DNA from: Planctomycetota bacterium | Lineage (GTDB): Bacteria; Planctomycetota; SZUA-567; H5-PLA8 | Direction: 5' to 3' | DNA length: 16,243 nucleotides | Assembly: GCA_038227875.1 (NCBI GenBank) | Contig: JBBRPR010000107.1 | Location: 1-16,243, forward strand | Translations under genes and position numbers: made by a program | The notes under the pieces: generated by a model | Databases searched by the model: none | Seen by the model: the letters and a program-made list of their open reading frames with translations, nothing else | Told to the model about the DNA's origin: nothing | In this document: piece after piece, positions 16,176-16,243 of the stretch | How positions within the stretch are numbered: the stretch's first letter is position 1 | Layout of the letters: every line of letters starts with the position of its first letter

Positions 16176-16243
16176 ATGGAAAGTGACGAAATAGTGGAAG
16201 AGGTTGGCAGGATGGGGCCGCAGGCAGCGGGAGACACGTTTCG
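16176..16243 (+). CDS. Possible small ORF running off the window edge
   Basis: GGGAG lies 8 nt before ATG 16176. The frame (MESDEIVEEVGRMGPQAAGDTF...) stays open to the window end. Confidence 0.25.
   Translation, partial: MESDEIVEEVGRMGPQAAGDTF

Overview
GC-rich bacterial chromosomal window, probably from a Planctomycetota/PVC-type organism (inferred from the HEAT-repeat, prenyltransferase-fold, sulfatase and large secreted proteins). Left to right: LysM lipoprotein; a secreted HEAT-repeat/prenyltransferase-fold gene split by an apparent 1-nt frameshift; ribokinase; an orphan ParB-N/HTH gene with a perfect 22-bp AT-rich palindrome inside its own coding sequence; a structured intergenic region; a large secreted DUF3352-like protein; an inverted pair of REP-like hairpins; an IclR regulator-sulfatase operon with a palindromic operator over the IclR start; two tandem paralogous membrane proteins with conserved C-termini and divergent N-termini; a secreted clan GH-A glycoside hydrolase; a 105-bp CTAG-flanked MITE-like element; the rph-rdgB-BtuF-like operon; and a short, lower-GC hypothetical gene at the right edge. 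No rRNA, tRNA, CRISPR array, transposase or integrase was seen. The best candidates for something undescribed are the ParB-like gene with an internal palindrome, the tandem membrane paralogs and the possible structured RNA near 5.5 kb. All are inferences from the sequence alone.
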